Assembly: GCA_019057385.1 (NCBI GenBank) | Contig: JAHQJS010000006.1 | Span: forward strand, 677,038 to 741,037 | Reading direction: 5' to 3' | Source of the DNA: Candidatus Borrarchaeum weybense | GTDB taxonomy: Archaea; Asgardarchaeota; Sifarchaeia; Borrarchaeales; Borrarchaeaceae | DNA length: 64,000 nt | Shown: positions 9,906-19,416 of the stretch, in pieces | Layout of the letters: the number at the start of each line of letters is the position of its first letter | How positions within the stretch are numbered: the stretch's first letter is position 1 | Made by a program: the position numbers and the translations under genes | Notes under the pieces: generated by a model | What the model saw: only the letters and a program-made list of their open reading frames with translations | Databases searched by the model: none | Told to the model about the DNA's origin: nothing

Positions 9906-9938
9906 TCTGATCGACAAAAAAGTATGAAGTCGACAGGA
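9902..9938 (+). promoter_or_regulatory. Candidate SECIS element of vhuU (core AUGA coincides with stop codon)
   Basis: ATGA-T-CTG(A)TCGAC-AAAAAAGTATGAA-GTCGA-CAG-GA; AAA 10 nt after AUGA; 8-bp stem with bulges. Confidence 0.55.
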
Positions 9939-10037
9939 ACTGGGCCCATATGCGGGGCTTACATATCCTTTCCTTCTAATTAATTTACACTTTAAGTTCA
10001 TTTATTCACATATTCAAACTACAGGAGGCTGTTCCCC

Positions 10038-10556
10038 CTGTCACCACAAGTATTAGAGACAAAAAAAGCTGACCCAAAAGCATTAGAAAAAATTCGCCAA
10101 GCTGTAGGCGAGGCAGAGCCTGGTTATTGTTACCAGTGCATAAAATGTACTAGCGGATGTCCTATTTCTAGGCAGTTAGACGGTTTCAACCCACATGTTT
10201 TTGTGGCAATGGCAAAAATGGGATTTATCGACGAGCTTATCAATGATAAAACTATCTGGGCTTGCGTATGGTGTATGACTTGTAAGGAAAGATGTCCTCA
10301 AGACGTTTCACCAATGGAGGTTATCAGATCACTCACTCAACTCGCATTTGAACGAGGTATTGAACCTCCTACAATAGGTTTGAAATCCCAATTTGGAAAT
10401 ATCATTACAACTGGTTTTGCAAGAGATTTTACATGGGTTGAAGGAGAACGTGAGGATATAGATGATCTTCCCGAGTTACCGAAACCTCGTCTGGATAAAA
10501 TAAAAGCAATGTTGAAAAAGACTTCCCTAGCAAGGTGGATGGAAAAGGAGGAATAA
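10038..10556 (+). CDS. hdrC: Heterodisulfide reductase subunit C (probable CTG start)
   Basis: First cluster motif CYQCIKCTSGCP lies upstream of the track ORF (10203) in the same frame; only CTG 10038 follows GGAGG 10024-10028; second motif CVWCMTCKERCP. Confidence 0.88.
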   Translation: MSPQVLETKKADPKALEKIRQAVGEAEPGYCYQCIKCTSGCPISRQLDGFNPHVFVAMAKMGFIDELINDKTIWACVWCMTCKERCPQDVSPMEVIRSLTQLAFERGIEPPTIGLKSQFGNIITTGFARDFTWVEGEREDIDDLPELPKPRLDKIKAMLKKTSLARWMEKEE

Positions 10557-10558
10557 AC

Positions 10559-11443
10559 ATGGATTTGGCACTTTATTTAGGTTGCACAGTACCTACCTAT
10601 GGCTATGACTATGAACTAGCAATACGCAAAGTTTTACCAAAATTTGATATTAATTTGATTGACCTTCCTGAAGCTGGCTGTTGTGGTCTTCCATTTGGAG
10701 ATCTTGATAGTCTTGCATGGTTGACGATGAGTGCAAGAAATATGGCTCTCGCAGAAGAAAAGAATCTGGATATTCTTGCTCTATGTAATGGATGCTACTT
10801 ATCTCTGGAAGAAGTAAAACATTTCCTAGCAGAAGATCCAGAACTTAAGGAGCAAGTAAATCAGTTACTTGCCGAAGAGGATTTAGAATACAAAGGAACT
10901 AACGGCAACTATTTAGTTCTAGAGATTCTACATGACGTAATTGGTCTTGAAAAGATAAAACAGTCCGTCACAAAACCATTGACTGGTTTTAGAATTGCAG
11001 CCCACTATGGATGCCATGCAATACGACCAAGCAAACTACCAGGACGCCCTGACGATTCAGAAACCCCCATAAAGATGGAACGAATTCTTGAAGCCATAGG
11101 TGCAGATACAATGGATTATCCTGAACGACTTGCGTGTTGCGGAACGAAAGAATATTCATATGATCCGGAAATCACATTAAAACTTGGATATTCAAAACTC
11201 AAAGCCATAAAAGAATATGGATTCGATGGCCTCGCAACAATTTGTCCTCTTTGTCAATACGTCTACGATTATAGCCAAGGATCGATGGCCGCCACATTTA
11301 AGACCCAGATACAAGTTCCCGTACTCTACTTAATCCAATGGATGGGGCTTGCCATGGAAATGGATCCCGAAGAAGATCTTGGATTAGAATTCATGATTCA
11401 CACAAGTCCAGTGGAACCTATTCTTGAAAAACTGCAGATTTAA
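10559..11443 (+). CDS. hdrB: Heterodisulfide reductase subunit B
   Basis: Two CCG domains: YLGC, GCCG, CNGC, HYGCH, ACCG, CPLC. Confidence 0.93.
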   Translation: MDLALYLGCTVPTYGYDYELAIRKVLPKFDINLIDLPEAGCCGLPFGDLDSLAWLTMSARNMALAEEKNLDILALCNGCYLSLEEVKHFLAEDPELKEQVNQLLAEEDLEYKGTNGNYLVLEILHDVIGLEKIKQSVTKPLTGFRIAAHYGCHAIRPSKLPGRPDDSETPIKMERILEAIGADTMDYPERLACCGTKEYSYDPEITLKLGYSKLKAIKEYGFDGLATICPLCQYVYDYSQGSMAATFKTQIQVPVLYLIQWMGLAMEMDPEEDLGLEFMIHTSPVEPILEKLQI

Positions 11444-11461
11444 TTATTGGGAGGACTAAAT

Positions 11462-12019
11462 ATGCCGATTACCATCACGTATGATGAAAAACGCATTTTT
11501 ATAATGTTGGACGATTTGTATTACTGGTCGGGTGCAATGGGTTCACATCCAGGACATATTTGGATGTCAACATATATAATTCCCAAAATTAGAGTTGGTA
11601 TCGATGATTTTGGTGTGTATGAAGCAGGTGAGATTAAGTATATACGCCTTCCCTCTGAAGCTGGCGGCGAAGTTAAGCAAGGAAAAGTCTTTGGAACATT
11701 AGAGGCTGGTAAATATGTTGGACCACTTATTTCACCCATTAGTGGTAAGATCGTTGAAGTAAACCAAAAAATCAAAGAACAGCCTTTACTCTTGAATGAA
11801 GATTGCTATGACGAAGGCTGGCTCATAAAAGTTGAACCATCTAATTTGGACGAAGAAATTAAGAACCCGAACATAATTTATAGCGAAAAGGCGATTGAAG
11901 AATGGATGAAAGGCGAATTTGAAAAATTTAAAGTTGCAGGAACCGTACGTGTTGTTAACCGAACAGAATACGGTGCATGGAAAATAATAGCACGCGAAGA
12001 AAGCAGAAGAAAGGCATAA
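11462..12019 (+). CDS. GcvH-family lipoyl carrier (LbpA-like) with C-terminal extension
   Basis: RVGIDDFG..GEIKYIRL..GTLEAGKYVGPLISPISGKIVEVN..DCYDEGWL; last gene of hdr operon. Confidence 0.85.
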   Translation: MPITITYDEKRIFIMLDDLYYWSGAMGSHPGHIWMSTYIIPKIRVGIDDFGVYEAGEIKYIRLPSEAGGEVKQGKVFGTLEAGKYVGPLISPISGKIVEVNQKIKEQPLLLNEDCYDEGWLIKVEPSNLDEEIKNPNIIYSEKAIEEWMKGEFEKFKVAGTVRVVNRTEYGAWKIIAREESRRKA

Positions 12020-12280
12020 AAGCCACATAAAGCGCCTTCCAACCTCTTGTTTCATAACTATTTTTTTGCTTTTTTGAGTAATTCTTGACTTCTTTTTAAC
12101 ATAATTTATTTGATATTCACTATTTCAGAATGTAATCTAAAAAAATGTAATTTTCTTAACCTCGTTGCTTTCGGTAAGTCGACAAAAATTTCATTTGCGG
12201 AGAGTTTTTCTAGTTCTGCGTAGAGTTTGCCCAGAAAATTTTAAATCTTAAACCTAGACTAAGTATTTAACCACAATAAA

Positions 12281-13159
12281 ATGGGGTACACCTCTGTGTT
12301 GACGTTTGAGATTGAGATGTTTCGCTTGGATAGTGAAGGTGAACTCACCCCAATCAACTTGGATAAAAAAGAATTAAAAAGCAAAGACGTTTTACTGATT
12401 GCAGACGAGTCAACAAAAACCCTTTGGCTTTGGAAAGGCTCTAAAATAGATGTCAGGAAAAAATTCTTAAGTGCACGGGCAGCAGTTCAATTAAATACCC
12501 AAAAGGGACGAAAATTCAAGTCTGCCGCTATTGAAGAGGGAACTGAGCCTGAAGAATTTTTTAACCTCTTTAGTAAGACAAATGTCAGAAAATCTACTTC
12601 TAAAAAAGCTTCTAATTCAAGTATTAGAAAATCGAAGAAATCTAAATCTGAAGCCTCACTAACTTCTACAGATAATAATACCCCTACGATTAAAGAAACG
12701 ATTCCCCCTCAAGAAATACACCCTAAGAATGTACATTTAGTGCAAGAAAATAAAGAATCCTCTAATAACTTAACTCTTAAAATGGAAGAACTCGATGATC
12801 TCTTTGGCAAAATACCTGAAGGTTATGATAGAGGATATGTTATTATTGGAAACGATATCTATGGTTTGGTTGTAAGTAAGAGTACATTTCTTGGCACTGA
12901 AACAATTGACAAGAGTTTTCAAAAATTAACTGATGCCAAAGATGGACATTTCATTATCGAAGGCTACCTTCCACGCGTTGTAATAAAGGATAACAAAGTA
13001 AAAGCTATTGAACTCATTAAAAAACCTGAAACTCGCAGGGAAGGAGACGAAGTTGAAGATGTTAAAGCTTTAAAAGAAGAAGTCCTTGCTGAAAAGGATT
13101 TTATGAAAACTGATGATGAAGAAACTCTTGTTGTGTATGTCAATCCGCTTTTCAGATAA
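12281..13159 (+). CDS. Gelsolin-domain protein with C-terminal extra domain (1DGelX-like)
   Basis: LKSKDVLLI..LWLWKG..RKKF..IEEGTEPEEFFNLF gelsolin signature; K/S-rich linker; C-terminal PEGYDR..FLG..PRV..AIE domain. Confidence 0.75.
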   Translation: MGYTSVLTFEIEMFRLDSEGELTPINLDKKELKSKDVLLIADESTKTLWLWKGSKIDVRKKFLSARAAVQLNTQKGRKFKSAAIEEGTEPEEFFNLFSKTNVRKSTSKKASNSSIRKSKKSKSEASLTSTDNNTPTIKETIPPQEIHPKNVHLVQENKESSNNLTLKMEELDDLFGKIPEGYDRGYVIIGNDIYGLVVSKSTFLGTETIDKSFQKLTDAKDGHFIIEGYLPRVVIKDNKVKAIELIKKPETRREGDEVEDVKALKEEVLAEKDFMKTDDEETLVVYVNPLFR

Positions 13160-13501
13160 TCTTATTTGTTTCATTTTTTAATTCGATTATCGCCCACTTA
13201 CTTTTTATTGTTTGACTCAAGCCAATTTTGTGTTGGAATAATATCAGTTTTAAGCAGTCACTTATGAATTGATCCAGTTGGGGATACTATTTTACAGACT
13301 ATAGTGAATTAACTGAAAATTATATTCGAACTAGGTAATAGTCTTCTAACTAAATCAATTTCATAACACCCGTTTTTTAAAGGAGTTATTGAATATACAA
13401 ATTGAGGCTCTTCGAAAAATTCTTTGTAGTTTTAAGGAATTTGAAAAAATGAATAAACACATAAAATAAAATATAATATGATGCGAACTGAGGGAGAAAG
13501 A

Positions 13502-14935
13502 ATGGACAAAGAAACTAACCTTACGAGGTCAAAGATAGTAGCGACTATAGGACCGGCTTCTGATTCTGAGGAGACACTTATTGAGATGATTGAAGCGGGG
13601 ATGGATGTTGCAAGACTAAATTTCTCACATGGTACTCATCAAGATCACATTGAACGGTTTGATCTGATAAGAAGTATTTCTGATATCGCCATTATGTTTG
13701 ATATTTCAGGACCTAAGATGAGAACAGGTGAAATGGAAAAAGGTAAGGAGTCAGTATATCTTAGTCTAGGAGATAATTTCACTTTAACAACCCGAGATGT
13801 ATTAGGGAATGAATCAATAACCTCAGTTTCTTACAAAGATCTTTCGTATGATGTTAATATAGGAGATATGATTTTTCTCAATGATGGTATTATTGGGCTT
13901 CGTGTTGTCTCGATCGATGATAAGGATGTTCATTGCCAGATTGAATCTGGTGGAGTGTTAAGCGCAAGAAAAGGCGTTAATATCCCAGATGTTCATCTTA
14001 CAATTGATATTCCTACACCAAAAGACATAGCGGATATGAAAATTGCGGCAAAACTTGTTTCAGATTATTTAGCGGTTTCTTTTGTGAGAACACCAGAAGA
14101 AATGCTAAAAGTCAGAGAAATACTGCAAGACGAGGGAGTAGAGATTCCACTCATTGCAAAGATTGAACATTCAATTGGCCTAAAAAACTTTGACGCAATT
14201 TTGGAAGTAGCTGATGGAATAATGGTAGCTAGGGGTGATCTAGGGGTAGAGATACCACCAGAACGTGTTCCCTTAGTTCAAAAGGATATCATCCACAAAT
14301 GTAATCGCTACGGGAAACCTGTAATTACAGCTACACAAATGCTAGAGTCAATGACGTCAAATCCACGCCCTACAAGAGCAGAAGCGAGTGATGTTGCAAA
14401 TGCAGTATTAGATGGAACTGATGCTGTTATGCTTTCGGGTGAAACAGCAGTAGGTGATTATCCGGTTGAGTCTGTAAAGACTATGGAACGAATAGCAAAA
14501 AATGCAGAAGGCTCAATGCCCTACAGAGATCCTGACTATTACGACCATGGTCACGAAGATGTGGCTGAGGTGATTGGACACGTCATTCATACAATTACCA
14601 AAGAAATGGATGTAGCAGCAATAATAACAGTAACGACTGGAGGTTTTACTGCGCGTATGATTTCCAAATATCGGCCTAAAAAAAGCATAATAGCGATCAC
14701 ACAAGATGAACGCGTTATGAGACAACTCAGACTTCTGTGGGGAGTATATCCATTAAACAAAGAAATTCAAACTGATGATGCGTCAAAGTTAATATATAGT
14801 TCTTTAAAGGCGGTTTACGATGCAGGTTTGCTTTCTAAAGATGATACGGCTGTTATCGCTTGCGGGTCAGTTCTTGTACCCGGAAAGACGAATTTAATTG
14901 GCATCTACGAACTTGGCGCGGTCATGAAATATTAG
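13502..14935 (+). CDS. pyk: Pyruvate kinase
   Basis: KIVATIGPAS, RLNFSHG, IAKIE, MVARGDLGVE, ATQMLESM, MLSGETA. Confidence 0.97.
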   Translation: MDKETNLTRSKIVATIGPASDSEETLIEMIEAGMDVARLNFSHGTHQDHIERFDLIRSISDIAIMFDISGPKMRTGEMEKGKESVYLSLGDNFTLTTRDVLGNESITSVSYKDLSYDVNIGDMIFLNDGIIGLRVVSIDDKDVHCQIESGGVLSARKGVNIPDVHLTIDIPTPKDIADMKIAAKLVSDYLAVSFVRTPEEMLKVREILQDEGVEIPLIAKIEHSIGLKNFDAILEVADGIMVARGDLGVEIPPERVPLVQKDIIHKCNRYGKPVITATQMLESMTSNPRPTRAEASDVANAVLDGTDAVMLSGETAVGDYPVESVKTMERIAKNAEGSMPYRDPDYYDHGHEDVAEVIGHVIHTITKEMDVAAIITVTTGGFTARMISKYRPKKSIIAITQDERVMRQLRLLWGVYPLNKEIQTDDASKLIYSSLKAVYDAGLLSKDDTAVIACGSVLVPGKTNLIGIYELGAVMKY

Positions 14936-15061
14936 AGAAATCTCCTTTATGAAATTAATTTCTTTTTGTATACATCGATCTACTTTAGTATACTATGTAT
15001 TGAAAGACACATAATTACAATTTAAAAAGAAAATTCGTTTTTCTTAAGTTAGTTAATTAGG

Positions 15062-15619
15062 TTATGTCTGATTTAGTTTCTCCATTGCCTCTATTATATC
15101 TTGAAATCTTTTTTTGGTGTCCTTGTTCACATATATAACTACAACACCCTGATCAGGTTGTCCATAGAGGACAATTGAACCATTTGGGGCAAGCATGGTA
15201 GCAGGAATTGCAAGGAGGTCTTCTTCGCCATCAACATAGAGCCGTATTGGTATTTTCTCTTTTTGAAAAAGACTAGTTAATAAAGGCCAAATTTCTTTTT
15301 TAATAACTCCGGCTGGATTTGCTATAGAGTAATCACATTTGACAACTTGTGATGGAGATAAAGCTCTTCTTTTAGTTTTAAAATCTATTATAATAATATC
15401 TGGTATTACCCCAGCTTCAAGTAAAGTTGATGACACAACATCTCCTACTGTGACTATTTTTTTCGTTAACAACCTTACTTGATTAGCCATTTCAGTTATC
15501 TTTTCTATAAAACTTGAGTTGTCTGAACGAATTAATTGCCCTAAAGGACGTTGAAGAGTCTTACGTAAGTGTAACGGCACTTTTAAATCTGTTGATATGT
15601 AAAAAAGACACACCTCCAA
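15062..15619 (-). CDS. GTP-dependent dephospho-CoA kinase (DUF359)
   Basis: VGDVVS, DFKTKR, NPAG, VDGEEDLL, YGQPDQGVV. Confidence 0.9.
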   Translation of the reverse strand: MEVCLFYISTDLKVPLHLRKTLQRPLGQLIRSDNSSFIEKITEMANQVRLLTKKIVTVGDVVSSTLLEAGVIPDIIIIDFKTKRRALSPSQVVKCDYSIANPAGVIKKEIWPLLTSLFQKEKIPIRLYVDGEEDLLAIPATMLAPNGSIVLYGQPDQGVVVIYVNKDTKKRFQDIIEAMEKLNQT

Positions 15620-15670
15620 ATAGAAACTGCCAAGTGATGAATTGACTATAAACGGGTTTTATTTATCACA

Positions 15671-16756
15671 TTAAATTGAAGTAAATGATGTAACGGTTTC
15701 TTTGTCTGTTCTTTTGATCAATTCGATTAGCAAATTAATCATACGTTCAATATCTACAATCGAAGTCATACTTACATGCGAATGAACATGTCTGGTCGGA
15801 ATGCCAAGTACAATTGATGGAACTCCTACACGGCTTAGGTGAATCGCTCCAGCATCCGTTCCTCCTCTAGGCATTGCAGACAATTGATATTTTATTTTAG
15901 CTTCTTCTGCGGTTTTGATCACAAATTCCTTGAGGGGCTGGTTAGGAATCATAGAACCATCGTGGGTAAGAATTGAGACGCCTTCTCCCATTTTCGACGG
16001 AGCTCGAAAGTTTTCTACCCCAGGCACATCACTGCTGATATCTATTTCAAGAACAAATGCAACATCAGGATCAACTAAATAAGCAGTAGTTCTAGCTCCA
16101 CGAAGACCAACTTCTTCTTGGGTTGTTGCTGCTCCCAAAACTGTGTTTGGATGCTCAATACCTTGCGCTTTTACCCTTTTTAGTGCAATCATAGCCGCAA
16201 AAATTCCGAGGCGGTCATCAAACGCTTTTCCAACCGCGAGTTTGCCGTTACGTATCAGAGAAAATGGGCTAATAGGTACAACAGGATCCCCTATTCTGAA
16301 GCCTTCTTCTTCTGCCTCTTCTTTGTTTGAGCAACCAACGTCTATGTACATTTTATCTCTTGTTATCACCTTTTTTCGTTCCTCACGAGGTAAGACGTGT
16401 GGGGGAATGCTTGTTATGATTCCTAGGCGATCTCCTTGCTGTGTTCTAACGGTTATTTTCTGAGCAAGAAGCACCTGATCAAACCATCCTCCAAGAGTGT
16501 TGAATGTCAAAAAGCCACTTAGATCTATTCCTGAAATAACAAATCCAATCTCATCGATATGACCTGGGATCATAATAACTGGTTTTTCAGCACTTCCCTT
16601 GATTTTAAACATTACTGAGCCTAACTTATCGGTTAGGATTTCGTCTGCAAATTCTTCCACATACTTTTTTACAATGCTTGCCGTTTCTCTTTCGAAACCT
16701 GGAGGTCCAAATGATTCTGTGAGGTCTTTAAGAATTTCTAATTCATTTTTTTCCAT
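15671..16756 (-). CDS. M42 family aminopeptidase
   Basis: GHIDEIG, KAFDDRLG, QEEVGLRGA, GGTDAG, RHVHS. Confidence 0.93.
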   Translation of the reverse strand: MEKNELEILKDLTESFGPPGFERETASIVKKYVEEFADEILTDKLGSVMFKIKGSAEKPVIMIPGHIDEIGFVISGIDLSGFLTFNTLGGWFDQVLLAQKITVRTQQGDRLGIITSIPPHVLPREERKKVITRDKMYIDVGCSNKEEAEEEGFRIGDPVVPISPFSLIRNGKLAVGKAFDDRLGIFAAMIALKRVKAQGIEHPNTVLGAATTQEEVGLRGARTTAYLVDPDVAFVLEIDISSDVPGVENFRAPSKMGEGVSILTHDGSMIPNQPLKEFVIKTAEEAKIKYQLSAMPRGGTDAGAIHLSRVGVPSIVLGIPTRHVHSHVSMTSIVDIERMINLLIELIKRTDKETVTSFTSI

Positions 16757-16901
16757 AAAACCCATCTCTTGATCAGAAGCTTTTAGAAAATACCAAATAT
16801 ACAACTAATTATTCCTGAGAAATGAATGAAAATTTATAAGTTAATTTGTTGATAGCTCATAGAGATTTTAAGATAACTAGCTTCTTTTCATCAAAAAAGT
16901 A

Positions 16902-18791
16902 TTGTTTGGTGGTATTGTATTGAAGCAAATACTAGAAGATCAAATAGGTAGACAAACTCTTCTAATGGGAAATGTGGCTATTGTGCGTGGAGCAATTGAG
17001 GCTGGCGTTTCATTTGCATCTACATATCCGGGTACCCCCGCCTCAGAGATAGGAGATACTTTTGCTACTTTGGTTAGTCGTTTTAGATGGCCTGGTTATT
17101 TCGAGTACAGTACAAATGAGGCAGTAGCCCTCGAAGCCGCAGCAGGTGCATCTTTTGCTGGAGTTCGTGCAATTTGTTCTATGAAACATGTTGGTGCGAA
17201 TGTAGCAGCTGATCCACTATTTTCGTTAGCTTACACTGGTATTGATGGCGGCTTGGTAGTAGTTACTGCAGATGATCCCTCATGCTGGAGTTCTCAAAAT
17301 GAACAGGACAACAGGCACTATGCTGTTCATGCTGGATTGCCAATGCTTGAACCTTCGTCATCTCAGGACGCTCTTGAAATGACAAGAACTGCATTTGAAA
17401 TTTCTGAAAAAATAAGAGAGCCTGTCCTTTTAAGAACAACAACTCGCATCGCTCACACTTATGGCAATGTTGTTTTTGGTCCTATTCAAGACCGAAAAAC
17501 ACCTTATTTTGAACGTCGCATTTCGAGAGTTATGGTTCCTTCTAATGCACGCCCTGCCCATCTAAAATTACTGGAGAATTTAGAATTAGCGCAAAAACTC
17601 TCTGAGAACTCTGAGTTTAATCAATCTCTAATGAAAGACTCAGAATTGGGTGTTATTACTTCAGGGATTTCTTATTCTTATACTCTTGACGCATTAAGAT
17701 GGCTAGATATCAATGCATCTATTCTTAAACTTGGAATGCCCTATCCTTTCCCAAAAAAAATGATTTCAGAATTTATAGAGAACGTTGACAAGGTTCTTGT
17801 AGTGGAAGAGCTGGATCCTTGGTTGGAAACTCATGTCCGTGCAATTGCTCAAGTAAACTCGTTGAATACGCCAATCTTTGGAAAAGAACAGGAATTATTA
17901 CCTCAAGCATTTGAACTATCCACTAAACAAATCGCTTTAGCACTTGCCAAAATCTCAGGAAAAACGCTTCCTATAGACTATACTGCCGCAAATGAGAAAT
18001 TCGAGATAGCTAAAGAACTGCTTGTATCTCGTCCACCACAGTTGTGTGCAGGATGTCCTCATCGAGCGTCTTTCTATGCTATAAAGCAAGCAACCAAAGG
18101 TCAGGAGATTATTGTTGGCAACGATATTGGCTGTTATGCTCTAGGCATAGCCCCACCTTTCCATCTCGGGGATTGGCTGGTATGTATGGGTGCGTCAGTT
18201 GGTATAGCTTGTGGAACCGCACAGGTCATTAATGATCCAGTAATTGCAGTTATCGGAGATTCAACATTCTTTCATGCAGGGGTACCTGCGTTGATTAATG
18301 CAGTTAAAAATAACGCAAACTTAACTTTGATAGTTTTAGATAACCTAACGACAGCAATGACAGGTCATCAGCCAAGTCCGGGAAGTAAACTTGGAGATAT
18401 GCGTGAAACTGCAATTAAAATAGACGAACTTGTAAGAGGTTGCGGTGTAAAAAATATCTATAAAACAGATCCCTACAAACTTGAAGAAACGATCCAAATC
18501 TTCGAAGATGCGATAAAACAAGATGGTCCAACTGTAGTTATTGCACGACATGTTTGCGCATTGGTATTAGATAGAATAAAACGAAAAAAAGGCATTAAAA
18601 TTACCCCCTCAAGAGTTGATCCTGAGAAATGTGAAGGTTGTAGAACATGCATTGATGAGTTTAGTTGTGTAGCGTTTGTTTGGGATACTACCACCCCTCA
18701 GATGAAAATTGAAGAAGTTCTTTGTGATGGATGCGGTGTGTGTGTCAATGTTTGTCCCTGCGGTGCAATTTACAAGGAGGAGGCAAAATAA
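16902..18791 (+). CDS. iorA: Indolepyruvate:ferredoxin oxidoreductase alpha subunit
   Basis: YPGTPASE, NEAVALE, KHVG, SQNEQDNR, LCAGCPH, DIGCY, GDSTFFH, C-terminal ferredoxin. Confidence 0.95.
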   Translation: MFGGIVLKQILEDQIGRQTLLMGNVAIVRGAIEAGVSFASTYPGTPASEIGDTFATLVSRFRWPGYFEYSTNEAVALEAAAGASFAGVRAICSMKHVGANVAADPLFSLAYTGIDGGLVVVTADDPSCWSSQNEQDNRHYAVHAGLPMLEPSSSQDALEMTRTAFEISEKIREPVLLRTTTRIAHTYGNVVFGPIQDRKTPYFERRISRVMVPSNARPAHLKLLENLELAQKLSENSEFNQSLMKDSELGVITSGISYSYTLDALRWLDINASILKLGMPYPFPKKMISEFIENVDKVLVVEELDPWLETHVRAIAQVNSLNTPIFGKEQELLPQAFELSTKQIALALAKISGKTLPIDYTAANEKFEIAKELLVSRPPQLCAGCPHRASFYAIKQATKGQEIIVGNDIGCYALGIAPPFHLGDWLVCMGASVGIACGTAQVINDPVIAVIGDSTFFHAGVPALINAVKNNANLTLIVLDNLTTAMTGHQPSPGSKLGDMRETAIKIDELVRGCGVKNIYKTDPYKLEETIQIFEDAIKQDGPTVVIARHVCALVLDRIKRKKGIKITPSRVDPEKCEGCRTCIDEFSCVAFVWDTTTPQMKIEEVLCDGCGVCVNVCPCGAIYKEEAK

Positions 18792-19390
18792 TGACTGAGG
18801 AATTTAACGTTCTTATCGCTGGGGTAGGCGGAACAGGAGTTTTGACAATTGCACATATTTTAGGAAGTTCTGCATTGTCTGCCGGATTACGGGTAGTTCA
18901 AAGTGAACTGCATGGCATGTCACAACGAGGAGGGAGCGTTTCAACGCATTTACGAATGGGTACGCATGTTTATAGTCCTACATTTCCCGATAGTACAGGT
19001 GATCTTCTTGTTGGAATGGAGCCTATAGAAACACTAAGAAATATTCAAAGTGTCCGTAACACAGGTTGTATTATTTTTAACAATTACAAAATCCGTCCTC
19101 TTTCGCTGTCTATTCTAAAAACAGAGTACCCCTCCCTAGATTTGATAGTTCAACAAATGAAGCACTTCTGTCAAAATGTTTATTCTATTGATGCTACTGC
19201 AATTGCAAAAGAACTTGGTGCGTCTATAGTGGCAAATATTGTGCTATTAGGGGCTGCTATGGCTAAAGGATCAATTCCGATCAACTCGGAGACAGTTATC
19301 GAAGAGATCAAGAATACAGTACCAGAACGTTTTATAGATCTCAATATGCAAGCATTTCAGGCAGGCCTTAAAGCGGTAAATAAACTCTAG
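18791..19390 (+). CDS. iorB: Indolepyruvate:ferredoxin oxidoreductase beta subunit
   Basis: AGVGGTG, HGMSQRGGSV, NIVLLG; ATG overlaps iorA stop (TAATG). Confidence 0.93.
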   Translation: MTEEFNVLIAGVGGTGVLTIAHILGSSALSAGLRVVQSELHGMSQRGGSVSTHLRMGTHVYSPTFPDSTGDLLVGMEPIETLRNIQSVRNTGCIIFNNYKIRPLSLSILKTEYPSLDLIVQQMKHFCQNVYSIDATAIAKELGASIVANIVLLGAAMAKGSIPINSETVIEEIKNTVPERFIDLNMQAFQAGLKAVNKL

Positions 19391-19416
19391 AATATTGTCT
19401 GAAAAAGGATGATTCT

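Noticed and set aside
9919-9965. Alternative vhuU SECIS starting at the second ATGA
   Set aside because: Weaker upper stem and 3' arm ends UA rather than GA; kept only as fallback.
1-12019. Nitrogen fixation or methanogenesis
   Set aside because: No nifHDK, mcr or mtr in the window; NifB-like and Hdr/Mvh genes occur widely without them.
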